Notes under the pieces: generated by a model
The model's database searches: none
Seen by the model: the letters and a program-made list of their open reading frames with translations, nothing else
What the model was told of the DNA's origin: nothing
Part shown: positions 10,850-21,900 of the stretch, one piece after another
How positions within the stretch are numbered: position 1 is the first letter of the stretch
Layout: every line of letters starts with the position of its first letter
NCBI GenBank assembly: GCA_963713825.1
Contig: CAVQNG010000003.1
Location: forward strand, 896,001-960,000
DNA from: an uncultured Acidobacteriota bacterium
GTDB lineage: Bacteria; Acidobacteriota; Thermoanaerobaculia; Multivoradales; JAHEKO01
Length of the DNA: 64,000 bases
Direction: 5' to 3'
Translations under genes and position numbers: made by a program

Positions 10850-11347
10850 ATGTGGAGACATTCTCTTGTGAAGGGCTGCGCTGTTCTGGCGATTTTCGGG
10901 CTGGTGGTCGCACCGGCGCTGGCCAAGGAGAAGAAGGACACCATCACCATCGACATCGAGGACTCCGAGGGCAGCAAGACGTCGATCTCTCTGACGACCG
11001 ACCTCGTCTCCGGGGCGCTCGAGGGCATGGTCGACGAAGACCTCGAGTGCAAGGGAGACATCGAATCCGACACACGGGAAATGCTCGAGTACTTGAGCAA
11101 GAAGGGTAGGGGCTCGCGCTATACCCTCGAGAAAGAGGACGGCGAGGTCATCAAGGCTCATCGGCGCAAGGACCAACTGGATCTCGAGATCCTCGGCGAC
11201 GACGAGGACCCGACGCACGTCTCCATGCCCTGGCTCCTCGCCGAGTGCATGCTCGGCAACAAAGTGGCCGCCAAGGAGCTCGAGAAAGCCGACGGCCTCA
11301 AGTTCAGCGTCAAGAAAGACGGCGGAGTCGAGCTCCGCGTCGAGTGA
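10850..11347 (+). CDS. Hypothetical exported protein
   Basis: Signal peptide (APALA/KE), good RBS (GGGAGG), charged 165-aa product, divergent from the cytochrome gene. Confidence 0.7.
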   Translation: MWRHSLVKGCAVLAIFGLVVAPALAKEKKDTITIDIEDSEGSKTSISLTTDLVSGALEGMVDEDLECKGDIESDTREMLEYLSKKGRGSRYTLEKEDGEVIKAHRRKDQLDLEILGDDEDPTHVSMPWLLAECMLGNKVAAKELEKADGLKFSVKKDGGVELRVE

Positions 11348-11372
11348 AGCGGCAAGTGGTCGCAGTCGCTAG

Positions 11373-12845
11373 TTAGCCGGCAAGAACCTCGTCGACCGCT
11401 GCGCGGATGTCCTCCAGTGCCTGACGCATCCGGTCCAGATGTGTCCGAAAGCTCAGCACACAGATCCGGATGACAAAGCGGCCCTCCAGGTGGGTGGCGG
11501 TGAGGAAGACCCGCTGTCGGTCGTTGATGCGCCGCAGCAGCTCTTGATCGAGCTCGTCGATGGCCGCTGCATCGAGATCCGGAGGCACGAGTCGGAAGGC
11601 GAGGATCGACAGCTGTGGTTCGGCGACGATCTCCATGTGCTCGATCGAGCGCAGCTCTTCGCATGCCCACGCTGCCAGATCCAGCTTCTCGTCCAGGGCC
11701 TCGCGAAAGACCGAGAAACCGTGCATTTTCAAAGGCAGCCAGACCCGAAGACCGCGGAAGTCCCGCGACAGCTCGGGTGAGAGCTCGCAGAAGTCCACCA
11801 GATCGGGAGCCTGCTGCATCTCGGGCATGTAGTCGGCCTCGAGGTGGTGGGCTGTCCGGAGAGTTTCCTTATCTCGGACCAGCAGACAGCCTGTACCGTA
11901 GGGCAGGAACAGACCCTTGTGGGGGTCGAGAGTGATGGAGTCGGCCGACTCGAGGCCGCGCATGATCTGCTGGCCCCGTTCGGTCAGTGCGAAGAATCCA
12001 CCGTAGGCGCCATCGACGTGCAACCAGAGCCCGCGCTCCCGAGCGACATCCGCCAAAGCCTCGAAATCATCCACGGCCCCCGTGTTCACCGTGCCGGCGC
12101 TACCCACCACGAGGAAGGGCTCCATCCCGGCTTGGCGATCAGCATCGATCTGGGATTTCAAGGCTTCGATGTGGATTCGCTGCGAGCCATCCGAGGGCAC
12201 TTCGCGGATGTTGCCGACGGGGAAGCCGGCCAGCATGGCGGCCTTGGTAACGGAGTGATGAACCTGATCGGAGCAGTAGAGAGTGCCCCGCAGGAAGTCG
12301 TCCTCGAGTCGATTTCGCCTCGCAGTCACAATGGCGGTGAAGTTGGCCAGTGATCCACCGGAAGTCAGCACGCCCAGCGAACCTTCGGGGTAGCCCACCA
12401 TTTGGCAGAACCAGCGCAGGACGTTGGCTTCCAGCTCCACGAGGCCTGGGGCGGCGACCCAGACGCCGACATAGCGATTGATGGCGTTGGCGATCAGGTC
12501 CGCGACGGCGGCATGGAGGAGGCCTCCTCCCGGGATATAGGCCAGATACCCGGGGCTGGGCGTGTTATAGGTCTTGTCCAGACCCTGGTCGAAAACCGTC
12601 GCCAAGAGCTCGGTGAAGGGTGTGGCCCCTTCGGGCAACGTCTCCTCGCGCAGCGACCGCGCCAGTTTCTCGCCACCGGATGTGTAGGACATCGGTTGTT
12701 CGGGGAGCGTCTCGAGATGGGCGACGACCCTCTCCATGGCACCCTCCACCATGCGACGCAAGTCGTTGACACTGAGCTCGAGAGGCCAATCGGTCTCCAA
12801 TTCTTCGCCGTTGTGCCCGGGATCCAGGATGTAGGTCTCGCTCAT
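11373..12845 (-). CDS. Group II PLP-dependent decarboxylase (aromatic-L-amino-acid/glutamate decarboxylase family)
   Basis: TSGGSLAN, HHSVTKA, AGTVNTGAVD, HVDGAYGG and SITLDPHK (PLP lysine) motifs. Confidence 0.92.
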   Translation of the reverse strand: MSETYILDPGHNGEELETDWPLELSVNDLRRMVEGAMERVVAHLETLPEQPMSYTSGGEKLARSLREETLPEGATPFTELLATVFDQGLDKTYNTPSPGYLAYIPGGGLLHAAVADLIANAINRYVGVWVAAPGLVELEANVLRWFCQMVGYPEGSLGVLTSGGSLANFTAIVTARRNRLEDDFLRGTLYCSDQVHHSVTKAAMLAGFPVGNIREVPSDGSQRIHIEALKSQIDADRQAGMEPFLVVGSAGTVNTGAVDDFEALADVARERGLWLHVDGAYGGFFALTERGQQIMRGLESADSITLDPHKGLFLPYGTGCLLVRDKETLRTAHHLEADYMPEMQQAPDLVDFCELSPELSRDFRGLRVWLPLKMHGFSVFREALDEKLDLAAWACEELRSIEHMEIVAEPQLSILAFRLVPPDLDAAAIDELDQELLRRINDRQRVFLTATHLEGRFVIRICVLSFRTHLDRMRQALEDIRAAVDEVLAG

Positions 12846-12956
12846 GGGTCCTCCTGCCTGCTGGGTGAAAGCCTAACCGCAATGCGCTGTGAAGGCGACT
12901 CGGATTTTGTCGATAGACTTGACCGGTATCCGATCGTGGAAGGAGGGTCCCTGGCC

Positions 12957-14147
12957 GTGAAACGTCGCACCTTGGTCATCAGCCTGTTGATAGTGCTCGG
13001 TGTCGTGACCGCCGCCTGGGCTGTCGGTGTGCCGAGCCCGACGGGTGGTGAAACAGGACAGCCCGAGCATCTCGCCAAGATGGTGCTCTACGCCTGCCTG
13101 GCGCTGATCTTTTCCTTCCTGTGCTCGGTCGCTGAAGCGGTGCTGCTGAGCGTCTCGCCGTCGTACATCGTTCACCTGGAGCAACAGGGCAAGAAGTCGG
13201 CGGCGCGCCTGAAGAAGGTCAAGACGGACATCGACCGCTCACTCGCGGCCATACTCACCCTCAACACCATTGCCCATACTGTCGGTGCCGGCGGTGCCGG
13301 TGCCGAGGCGGCGGCCTACTTTGGGGATCGCTATGTAGGGATCGCCATGGCGGTGCTAACGCTGTTGATCCTCTTCCTCTCGGAGATTGTGCCCAAGACG
13401 TTGGGAGCGGTGTTCTGGCGCCAGCTGGCAGGCCCCACAGCCTGGTTCATCCAGGTCTTGATTTGGGCGCTCTACCCATTCATCTGGGTCTCCGAGCGGC
13501 TGACCAGGTTGATCACCGGCGGCAAGGAGGTCCACGTCTTCAGTCGCGAGGAGTTCGCGGCGATGGCCGAGATCGGAGCGCAGAGTGGGCACCTGGACGA
13601 CTCGGAATCGCGCATTCTGAAGAACCTCTTTCGTTTTCCGGAGCTACGTGTCGAAGACATCATGACGCCGAGGACGGTGGTCTTCGCCATGCAGCAGGAT
13701 CTGACGGTTTCCGAAGCGCTCGAGAAGCACCCCGAGATTCCCTTCTCGCGGATCCCCGTCTTTGGTGAGACGCGCGATGAGATTACCGGTTTCGTGCTCA
13801 AGACGGATCTGCTGATCGCGCAGCTCGAGGGTCACGGTGATCAACCGCTGCGAGAGCTCAAGCGCGAATTGGGATTTGTCATAAACACCAGCTCGGTGGA
13901 AACAGTAGCGGACGAGTTGCTCGGCAAGCGGGCCCATCTGCTTGCGGTCTTTGGCGAGCATGGTGGCCTGGCCGGCGTCGTCAGTCTGGAAGATGTCGTC
14001 GAGACCCTGATCGGCATCGAGATCGTCGACGAGGCCGACAAGATCGACGACATGCGCCTGTTGGCCCGGGAGAAGTGGGAGGAGCGCATGCAGCGCCTCG
14101 GTCTCGATCCGCTGATCTTCAAGGACCCGGACGAGCCGAAACCCTGA
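12957..14147 (+). CDS. CNNM/DUF21-CBS domain membrane protein (CorB/hemolysin family)
   Basis: FSFLCSVAEAVLLS, ILTLNTIAHTVGA, SEIVPKTLG, IMTPR, FSRIPV, GVVSLEDVVE motifs; GTG 12957 after AGGAGG. Confidence 0.88.
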   Translation: MKRRTLVISLLIVLGVVTAAWAVGVPSPTGGETGQPEHLAKMVLYACLALIFSFLCSVAEAVLLSVSPSYIVHLEQQGKKSAARLKKVKTDIDRSLAAILTLNTIAHTVGAGGAGAEAAAYFGDRYVGIAMAVLTLLILFLSEIVPKTLGAVFWRQLAGPTAWFIQVLIWALYPFIWVSERLTRLITGGKEVHVFSREEFAAMAEIGAQSGHLDDSESRILKNLFRFPELRVEDIMTPRTVVFAMQQDLTVSEALEKHPEIPFSRIPVFGETRDEITGFVLKTDLLIAQLEGHGDQPLRELKRELGFVINTSSVETVADELLGKRAHLLAVFGEHGGLAGVVSLEDVVETLIGIEIVDEADKIDDMRLLAREKWEERMQRLGLDPLIFKDPDEPKP

Positions 14148-14154
14148 AAAGAAA

Positions 14155-14182
14155 GGGGCCGCCCGCAATGCGGAACGGCCCC
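14155..14182. terminator. Intrinsic terminator-like hairpin between convergent genes
   Basis: GGGGCCG...CGGCCCC stem next to an A-rich tract (U-tract on the minus strand). Confidence 0.6.
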
Positions 14183-14213
14183 GATGCAATCTGTCGACTG
14201 TCTGGTTCGACGA

Positions 14214-15620
14214 TCAGTCGTCCGACTTTTCCGAGGGAGCGCTTTTCATACTCTCGGGCACCAACTCTTCTGGGATGAAGATCGGCTTGTCGGTGGGCCA
14301 GTGCTCCATCAGGACCGGCTTGTACCCCTCGGGGTAGTAGAGGTCGGGATCGATCTCCGCATCGCGAATGAACTGAGACTGGAGGTCTTCGCGCTGGAAA
14401 GGTGGCGTCGGTACGATCAGGCCGCTGTATTTCTCGATCGAGGCATCGGCGTTGGGCGCCTTGACGTTCGGATAGTCCGGAACCACACCGTCCCGCACCC
14501 AAATGCTCTCCTCGGTGACGTTGACCACCACCATGTCGGGGGCGCCGAAGTGGAAGGGACCCTTCCAGTGCTCGCGCACCTCGGCGATTGTCTCCGCGTT
14601 GATATACGGGTCGAAGGGCATGTGGGTGGTCATCGCCATTCGAGGCTTGACCTGGTTGAAGATGTACCCCACGGCGTAAGAGGGCGAGTGGTGTGTGTCG
14701 ATGGTGTACCGGCCCACGAAAGGCGGCACGCCCTGCACGCCGGAGCTGATCGCGACCACCTCGGGCTGCGTTTCAGAGATCATCACGTCCACGCCCTTGC
14801 AGTACTCGATGTCCAGCGTGTTGGGCCGGGTGTCGCCGGTGAAGCAAAAGCTCAAGTCGTTCCAGTCCAGCCGGTAACCGGATGCCCCGTCTTTGGCGTG
14901 CGAAGCCGGCCAGTGGATCACCTTGACGCCGTTCTTCTCATAGGCGGTGCCTCCGGCATCCGCGAAGTCGAACTCGTTGACGTCGATCTCCCAGCCGACA
15001 GGAAAGACACTGAACGCCTCCCGGTGCCAATGCATCATCTGCTTCATGCCTTCGACCATGTATTTGACGCCGTCCTTTTCGGTGCGGCCCGAAGGTCCAG
15101 TGATCCGGAGGGGTTCATGCCAGCGTCCGGCCCAGGCTCCGAAGGCGTACACCCAAGGCAGGGAGCCGAAGTGATCGACATGTAGATGGCTCAGGAAGAT
15201 GTCATTGAGCTTGTTGACGGAAATTCCTGAGGCCAGGTAGTTCGAGACGGCGCCTTCGCCCATGTCGAAGATGAAGGTGTCTCCGTTGCCGAGCTCGACG
15301 TAGATGGAGGTGTTCATCTGACCGGGACGCAGCATGGGAGCGGTCCCCATGAAGGTGATGCGCATCTCGTCGGGCTGGACTTCTTCGGTGCCGGGGAACC
15401 AATTGGCGGCACTCTTGAGCCAGGGCTGGGGATCGATCCCTTCGAACAGTAGGCCCTCCTTCCACCGGCCCATCGGCACGCCGCCGGTGGCTCTGACCTC
15501 CTGCATGGTGGCCTCGTCTGCAAAATCGGCTGCGGCCCACTGTGCCCCAACGGAGTTGGGAAGTAGGGCGAGAAGAAAGAGCGCCAAGGGGAAGATGAGA
15601 TGTCTGGGTGGTTGCAGCAT
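14214..15620 (-). CDS. Exported MBL-fold metallo-hydrolase, RNase Z/ElaC/AtsA-like (GntH-like family)
   Basis: Signal peptide; FPGTEE..PDEMRITFMGT; FDMGEG; HLHVDH motif; FTGDT; HHS; THMP. Start ATG 15620 chosen. Confidence 0.85.
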   Translation of the reverse strand: MLQPPRHLIFPLALFLLALLPNSVGAQWAAADFADEATMQEVRATGGVPMGRWKEGLLFEGIDPQPWLKSAANWFPGTEEVQPDEMRITFMGTAPMLRPGQMNTSIYVELGNGDTFIFDMGEGAVSNYLASGISVNKLNDIFLSHLHVDHFGSLPWVYAFGAWAGRWHEPLRITGPSGRTEKDGVKYMVEGMKQMMHWHREAFSVFPVGWEIDVNEFDFADAGGTAYEKNGVKVIHWPASHAKDGASGYRLDWNDLSFCFTGDTRPNTLDIEYCKGVDVMISETQPEVVAISSGVQGVPPFVGRYTIDTHHSPSYAVGYIFNQVKPRMAMTTHMPFDPYINAETIAEVREHWKGPFHFGAPDMVVVNVTEESIWVRDGVVPDYPNVKAPNADASIEKYSGLIVPTPPFQREDLQSQFIRDAEIDPDLYYPEGYKPVLMEHWPTDKPIFIPEELVPESMKSAPSEKSDD

Positions 15621-15768
15621 GAGAGCTCTCCTTTGAGTTAGATCTGGAAGCCAGCTAGACTTCGGCACCTCTTCCCTGCCGGTAGGCAGGCCACGACGCG
15701 CCGAGGAGTCTTGCCAGGAAGGCTGCGCAGTCTTTCCACGAGACTTGACAGAGCATCAAAAATCGGTC

Positions 15769-16746
15769 ATGCAGGAGCGAGCGGAGCTCACACCCGAACA
15801 GCCCTCGTGATCCGTAGCATCACACGTAGAGAGTTCCGAGTCTTAAGAGCCTGGAACCTCGAGTTTACTCCTCGACTGTGGTCGCTTCGACGCCGATGTT
15901 CTGCAGTTCGGCAGCGACGAGGCGCAGTTGGCCCGTGCTCGTTTCAATCGGCATCTCCACCAGGAGGGCGATCCGCCGCCGGGTTTGCGAACAGTCGTCA
16001 TACCCGCAGACGAATCCCTGGACTCTTGTGGCGAGGTCCGCGGATTAGCCGGTCGAACCCTGATGGTGTTTCCCGAATCAAGCCAAGCTCGAGAGCTTCT
16101 TTCACCCGGCTTCGACATCTATACCCTGTCGCTACACAACAACCTGGTCGAAGTTGTGGCGGAGTCGCTGGAGATCCCTTCGCTCGACGGATTGATGCGC
16201 GGTGCCGAAACCGTGGAGCTGCCGCGTCCTACGATGCGGGAGCTGCGCCACGGCGCCCGCGAGGTCTGCATGCGGGTCCGAACCGAGCCCCGGTGGCTGT
16301 CGCGATCGGGGTTGCAGGCGCGGCTCAGGCTCGATCTTCCGCGGCAGGTTCTCTTGTCCATCGCGGCGCATCTTGACCTGGAGGAAAAGGCGCCGGCTCA
16401 TCAGAAGGGCCGGGCCCTCCGCAGAGCTCTCGATTACCTGGCTCGACGGCCGGCAGAGGTCGCCTCGGTGGCGGAGCTCTGTCGGCACGCCGGCGTCAGC
16501 GAGCGGACGCTGCGCCGGGCCTTTCTCGAAGAGTTCGGAGTGCCGCCGAAGACCTATCTGATGACCATTCGGATGCGAGCGGTTCGGGCCGAGCTTCAGG
16601 CGAACCGGCCTGAGGAGGTGAAGATCGGCGACATCGCCAACCATTGGGGCTTCTGGCACATGGGCCAGTTCGCCGCTGACTACCGGCGCCACTTCGGGGA
16701 GCTGCCGTCGCAGACCCTCCGTAGGAGCGACCGATCAAGGTATTGA
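15769..16746 (+). CDS. AraC-family regulator (EutR-like); 5' end frameshifted
   Basis: C-terminal GVSERTL...GFWHMGQFAADYRRHFGELPS. In-frame LDCGRFDADVLQFG extends back to about 15870, where the frame shifts. Paralog of 23351-24322. Confidence 0.82.
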
Positions 16747-16785
16747 GCGGAGCTCTCTACGGAACGGAGGTTGAGGGCTCTGTCG

Positions 16786-17184
16786 TCAGGAGATCGGCAG
16801 GATCTCTTTAGAGATCTGGGGGACCTTCCTGAAGTGAGAGTCGGTACTGACGACGATCAGTCCATGCTGCATGGCCGAGGCCGCTATCCAAAGGTCATTG
16901 GTGGGAATCGGGGTTCCTTCGCGACGCAGATGATCGACGATGTCTGAGTAGCGCCGCGCAGTACCCTCGTCGATCGGTAGCGACTCGACTCTGGGCGAAT
17001 CGAGAAAGCGATCGAGCAGGTCGTTGTTCTTGCGCGTGTGTTTGCCCAGGCGAAAGCCGCTGAGAAGCTCGCCAAGAACGATGGGAGTGACGGCGATTTG
17101 CTTGGCTCTCTGGACGAGGTCGAGAACTCCCTCGTGTCCGCGCATGAAGGCGGAGTAGGCGGAGGTGTCGAGGAGGATCTTCAA
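16786..17184 (-). CDS. vapC: PIN-domain toxin (VapC family)
   Basis: ILLDTS, ELLSG, PIPTNDLWIAA, STDSHF PIN motifs; directly downstream of a small antitoxin gene. Confidence 0.9.
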   Translation of the reverse strand: MKILLDTSAYSAFMRGHEGVLDLVQRAKQIAVTPIVLGELLSGFRLGKHTRKNNDLLDRFLDSPRVESLPIDEGTARRYSDIVDHLRREGTPIPTNDLWIAASAMQHGLIVVSTDSHFRKVPQISKEILPIS

Positions 17185-17190
17185 GGTGGC

Positions 17191-17451
17191 CTACTCCCAG
17201 ACGTCTTCGTCGATCGGGCGGTGTTCCTGGAGATACCCGTCGAACTCTCGGGCCTGCTTCCGCGTCCAACTCCCCGCTAGATCGTCGAGATCGTGGAATC
17301 GTCCCGGCGGACGACCGTTATCGGAGATACCCGTCGCCTTCTTCAGCAGACGAAGAACTGTCTTGTTGAGGCTTGCGCCCGTCGCAGCTGCCTCGCGCTC
17401 GAGAATCTCAGCAAGCTCACTGGGAATCTGTCGTAACGTGATGGCCTTCAT
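17191..17451 (-). CDS. Ribbon-helix-helix antitoxin (VapB/FitA-like)
   Basis: MKAITLRQIP..L...A...SLN RHH pattern; DLDDLAGSW tail; upstream of vapC. Confidence 0.82.
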   Translation of the reverse strand: MKAITLRQIPSELAEILEREAAATGASLNKTVLRLLKKATGISDNGRPPGRFHDLDDLAGSWTRKQAREFDGYLQEHRPIDEDVWE

Positions 17452-17470
17452 TTGGATCCTCTATCTCCGA

Positions 17471-17498
17471 TGCATCATAGTTGCATCAATATGATGCA
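17471..17498. promoter_or_regulatory. Inverted-repeat operator of the first vapBC
   Basis: TGCATCATA-N10-TATGATGCA perfect inverted repeat 20 bp upstream of the antitoxin start. Confidence 0.6.
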
Positions 17499-17705
17499 AG
17501 TATAGATTCACATTGTCGACTCTGCAAGTCGAGACAGCAACCCTTAGTCGCGCTGTAGGAGGGAGTCGTTACGGTAATTCCGACGACTTCTCGTGTCCTG
17601 GTGGTCAGTGCTCCAGACTTGTGAGTGAACTCGCCATATGGGATTGCGAGATGCCAGGCAGATATTCCGTCTGTGAACGAGAGGTGATGGCGATTCGCGG
17701 GAGAG

Positions 17706-17734
17706 TTGACATATTTATGTCACATATCTATCCT
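17706..17734 (+). promoter_or_regulatory. Sigma70 promoter overlapped by a palindromic operator, second vapBC
   Basis: TTGACA (17706)-17 bp-TATCCT (17729); palindrome TGACATA-TT-TATGTCA at 17707-17722. Confidence 0.65.
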
Positions 17735-17741
17735 GGAGAGC

Positions 17742-17993
17742 ATGAGGACGACGGTGCGACTGGACGATGATCTATTGCGCGAAGCGAAGCGCCATGCTGC
17801 GGAAAAGGGCATGACCCTGACCGCACTCTTGGATCAGGCGCTGCGAGAGATCCTCTCCAGGGAGGAACGAACCCCTGCAGTCGATCGGTTGGAGCTACCG
17901 ACGTTCAGGGGCCGAGGGCTGCAACCGGGTGTGAATCTCGATGACGCAGTCTCTCTCCGCGACATCATGGACCGGCACGATGATCCTGTTTGA
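17742..17993 (+). CDS. Antitoxin (VapB/CopG-like)
   Basis: MRTTVRLDDDLLREAK..AA..G.TLT RHH pattern; overlaps the downstream PIN gene. Confidence 0.85.
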   Translation: MRTTVRLDDDLLREAKRHAAEKGMTLTALLDQALREILSREERTPAVDRLELPTFRGRGLQPGVNLDDAVSLRDIMDRHDDPV

Positions 17994-18405
17994 CGTCAAC
18001 GTCCTGGTACACGCCTTTCGGGAGGATACGCCGCGCCACCTCGAAATCCGCCGTTGGCTGGAGGAGCGGGTCTACTCGGAGGGGGCCTTCGGCTTATCGG
18101 ACCTGGTCCTGAGTGGGTTTCTGAGAGTCGTTACCCATCCGCGGGTCTTCGACCCGCCGACGCCACTCGAGGATGCTCTTGCTTTCGTTGAGAGCCTCCG
18201 GGGTCAGCCGAACTGTGTCCTTTTTGCGCCGGGCCGCCGTCACTGGAGGATTTTCACCCGCCTCTGCCGGGAAGCCGAGGCCAGGGGCAACCTGATTCCG
18301 GATGCCTACCTGGCCGCCCTGGCCATCGAATCCGGCAGTGAATGGATCACCGCCGACACCGATTTCCGCCGCTTCCCGGGCCTGAAGTGGAGCGCCCCCT
18401 CTTGA
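17980..18405 (+). CDS. vapC: PIN-domain toxin (VapC family)
   Basis: MILFDVNVLV, GFLRVVTHPR, GNLIPDAYLAALAIE, ADTDFRRFPGL motifs. Confidence 0.9.
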   Translation: MILFDVNVLVHAFREDTPRHLEIRRWLEERVYSEGAFGLSDLVLSGFLRVVTHPRVFDPPTPLEDALAFVESLRGQPNCVLFAPGRRHWRIFTRLCREAEARGNLIPDAYLAALAIESGSEWITADTDFRRFPGLKWSAPS

Positions 18406-19222
18406 CTACCACTTGAACATGAAGCCGAAGACCGGGCCGGAGAAGGTCAGATCTGTCTCGATGTCGACCCCTTCTACCCTCTCCTTGATCTCCATACTCA
18501 TGTACCGATAGCCGAGGAGAAGTCCGTACCTGCCTGATTGACCGATCTGGTACTTGAAGAAGGCTTGCCCGTTCAGAGTGAGCTCGGTACCGCCCGTGGC
18601 GACATCACCGCGGATCGAGTAGTTCCACTTGTTGCCGATTTGGCCGATATAGCGCAGTCCGAGAAATCCGTCGGTGAGATTTGGCGAACTCTCCTGCCTT
18701 TTGCCCGGGAGCGATCGGGATCGGCGGAGTCAAATGGATCACCTCATCCATGCCGATCCAGCGGAGTCCGAAAAGCAGATCCAGGCCGGTCTCCTCACCC
18801 GAGAGGCGATAGAAGCCCCCGCCTTCGAGGATCAACTGTTCGATATCGAGGTCGACCACCGTCCCTGGTGGCGGTGACCCGGGGTCTTGATGCTCCGGTA
18901 CCGTCTCGCTGGTCGAGAGGTCGACGTAGAAGAAGTCGAAAAGAAGGCCCGCCCTGCCGCGCCGGCCCTCTGCATGGAACGCGAACGCAAAGTCCAGATT
19001 GGAGAAGAGGTCGGTGAAAGCCACATCATTGTCGGAGATCACCACGCCGTCTTCCTTCACCGTGGCGCCTATGCTGGTGGTCCAGAGGTAGGGGGTCACT
19101 GACCATTCCCAGGAGTTTGCCGCCTGCGCCTCCCCGGCTGGCAGCCAGAGACAGATACCCAAAGCGGCAACGATCGTAAATTTGGTCCACAGATTCATGT
19201 TCCACATCGAAAAATCTCCCAT
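18406..19222 (-). CDS. Outer-membrane beta-barrel protein (WxWSxTPYLW family), frameshifted near 18670
   Basis: Signal peptide, WEWSVTPYLW, alternating beta-strands. C-terminus in another frame ends FSGPVFGFMFKW* at 18406. Homologous to 42944-43733. Confidence 0.7.
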
Positions 19223-19242
19223 GTCGATTGCAATCCGATTCT

Positions 19243-21666
19243 CTAGTTGTCGCTCTCAGGAATACTGATGGTGACGTTCGTTACGTACCCGGTGAACTCC
19301 GAATCTTCGACATCTTTGAAGACCTTGTCGGCTACTTGGGTTGCCTCGTCCCTGCCAACATCAGCAGTTTCATCTGCCGAGTAAACCCCCGGCTGCAGTT
19401 TTTTCGACCCTGCCCTCGGCGACTTTTTCACCGTCCACATACAGCGTTGCCAGACCACCTTTGCCGGTGCCGCCGCCATCGTAATCAAACTGCAACTTGA
19501 TCTCGGCGTTCGGCTGGTTGATGGCCTTGGGCGATGCGATCGTATAGCGCTCCAGACCAAACCAGTTGTAGGTATAGGCCGGCTTGCCACCGTCCATATA
19601 CAGCGCCCAACCGCCAAACTTGCCGCCCTGGGTAAGGATGACACCTCTGTCATTACCTTTCAGCTGCAACATTCGCGACGATGGTCTTGGAACTGTTCTT
19701 TTCGTTGATAAAGGTGTTTTCCAAAATGCCGGTCATGCCATCGGCGAGCGTGAGGCTCTTTCGGTCACCCATCAGATCGGGCCGTCCGGCGATAGCCGCA
19801 TTAAAGCGCTCGTACAGGCGGTCATCCAACGGATACACGTTGTTGGCAATGGCTTCTTTCTCAAACAGATTCCTGCATCTCTTTCAGCTTGTCGGGATTC
19901 TGAGCTGGCCAGATCATTGGTCAGACTGAAGTCTTCGGCCAGTGTTATAAAGATCCCACACATCATCCTGCAAAGTGTTTTCTACGTTTCGTCGCGCCAC
20001 GGTGCACGGTGGACAACCCGAGCCAACCAGCCGTCGTGGTAGATAGCGCGGTTGCCAAACATCTCGAAATACTGCGTGGTATGGCGATCCTTGGTGCGTT
20101 GGCATCCTCTAGCCGCATACAACATGCTCACGCCGGACAACGGTATCTGCGGTACACCGTTCACCGATTTTCGGTTGCGGCAAACCGGTGGCTTCCAGCA
20201 CGGTAGCCGCCACATCATTGACATGATGGAACTGGCTGCGGATTTCCCCTTTGGCCTTGATACCTTTGGGCCAGTGCATCACCATGCCGTTGCGGGTACC
20301 GCCAAAATCAGCGGCCATCTGCTTGGTCCAGGTAAACGGAGCATCCGTAGCCACCGCCCAGGCTGCCGAGAAATGCGGGAATGAATTCGGACCACCCCAG
20401 TCGTCGGCCCTCTCCAGCATGCTTTCTGTGGTTTCGGCATCAAATATGCCGTTCAGATGGATCAACTCATTGTAGGTGCCAGTCAAACCACCTTCGCCAC
20501 TGGAGCCGTTGTCGCCCATGATGTAGATGAACAGGGTGTTATCGAGCACACCAATTTCATCAATGGCGTCCACCAGTCTGCCGACCTCATGGTCGGTATG
20601 TTCCGTGAAACCTGCAAAGGCCTCCATCTGCAGCGCAAAGAGCTCACGTTCCTGATCGCTCAAAGACTTCCCATTCTTTGATGTCTTCGGGCATCGGGCG
20701 CAAGTTTGGCGTTCTGCGGGGATGATCCCCATTGCTTTCTGGCGTTCAAAAGTCTCCTGCCGATACGCCAGCCAGCCCTCATCGAACTTGCCGTCATACT
20801 TCTCGATAAATTCTTTCGGCGCATGGTGCGGGGCATGAGTAGCACCGGTCGCATAGTAGATCATGAACGGTTTTTCCGGTGTCATGGCCTGTTGGAACTT
20901 GACCCAGTCGATCGCTTCATTGGTCATATCGGTGGTGAAGTGATAATCAGGGTCATCCTTCTTGGCCACTTTGGTTACGCCATCAAAAATAACCGGATCC
21001 CATTGGTTGGTTTCACCACCGATAAACCCATAAAACTTGTCAAAGCCTGAATTGGTCGGCCAGCGGAAATAAGGCCCGGAGACCGAAACTTCCCAGGTGG
21101 GTGTTTCATGCCATTTACCAAATGCGGCCGTACTGTAGCCATTCAGGCGCAGCGTCTCGGCAACGTACTTGGCATCGTCCGGCCGCTCGCCCTGGTTGCC
21201 GTGAAAGCCCGTGGCGACTTCCATCACCGAACCCACATTGACTTCATGATGGTTTCTGCCGGACAGCAGGGAGGCTCGTGTCGGGGAACACAAAGCTGTG
21301 GTGTGAAACTGATTGAAGCGTAGGCCTTCATTTGCCAAGCGCTCAAAGGTGGGCGTTTCAATGCCGCCACCGAACGGGCTGGTCGCGCCAAAGCCGATAT
21401 CGTCGATCAGCACGATGACAACGTTGGGCGCTCCCTCGGGCGGCTTGATCTCGAACATCGGCGGCTTGGTCGCATTGCGTAGCATCCATTTCAGTAATTG
21501 GCTTGTGCTTTGGGGGCTGAATGGGCAGCACGGTGCGATCCAGCGTGCCCGGGGTACTCGCGACTTCCGGTGCCGCTGCTTTTGACTGCAGCGAACCGTC
21601 CGAGCAGCCAACCAGCATCAGCAGCAAACTCAAATTGGCAAATACGAAGATGTGTCTATTGTTCAT
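19243..21666 (-). CDS. Formylglycine-dependent arylsulfatase (S1 family), lipoprotein; multiple frameshifts (sequencing error or pseudogene)
   Basis: Lipobox LVGC; PNVVIVLIDDIG, ALCSPTRASLLSGR, FGKWH, HAPHH, GDNG, TQYFEMFGNRAIY motifs spread over several overlapping ORFs; C-terminal beta-sandwich extension. Confidence 0.85.
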
Positions 21667-21697
21667 AGTGTGCCTCCTGGGCAGCAAATGATGAGTC

Positions 21698-21761
21698 GAG
21701 GTGGACCCCCTCCTTCGGACAGTTTTCAGTGACAGCCAAGGTGGGATCGGGGGTCCATCTC
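21698..21761. other. Intergenic stem-loop between the MBL hydrolase and sulfatase genes
   Basis: GAGGTGGACCCCC ... GGGGGTCCATCTC, 13-bp stem with one G-T pair. Confidence 0.5.
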
Positions 21762-21900
21762 CGATGGAGATTCTTAGTCGTCGGCAGGCCGCAATGGGAA
21801 CTGAAAGTCCGAGCCGATGAGCGAGTCTATACCAGGGACGAGGGGATTCGACTCGGGCCCAAGCGTAGTGGCTAACTTCTGAGAAGAGTATACAGGCTCG

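Noticed and set aside
10627-11100. N-terminal 158 aa of the 829-aa cytochrome ORF (similarly the extensions of ORFs starting 12402, 36082, 41273 and 52416)
   Set aside because: They overlap other genes or spacers; RBS and signal-peptide positions support the downstream starts.
11373-12845. GadB partner for the glutaminase/HdeD module
   Set aside because: About 45 kb away, on the opposite strand, with no antiporter; motifs fit the aromatic-amino-acid decarboxylase-like group at least as well.
14214-15620. Guanitoxin biosynthesis cluster
   Set aside because: Only the GntH-like hydrolase fold is present; no other gnt-like genes are adjacent and the protein has a signal peptide.
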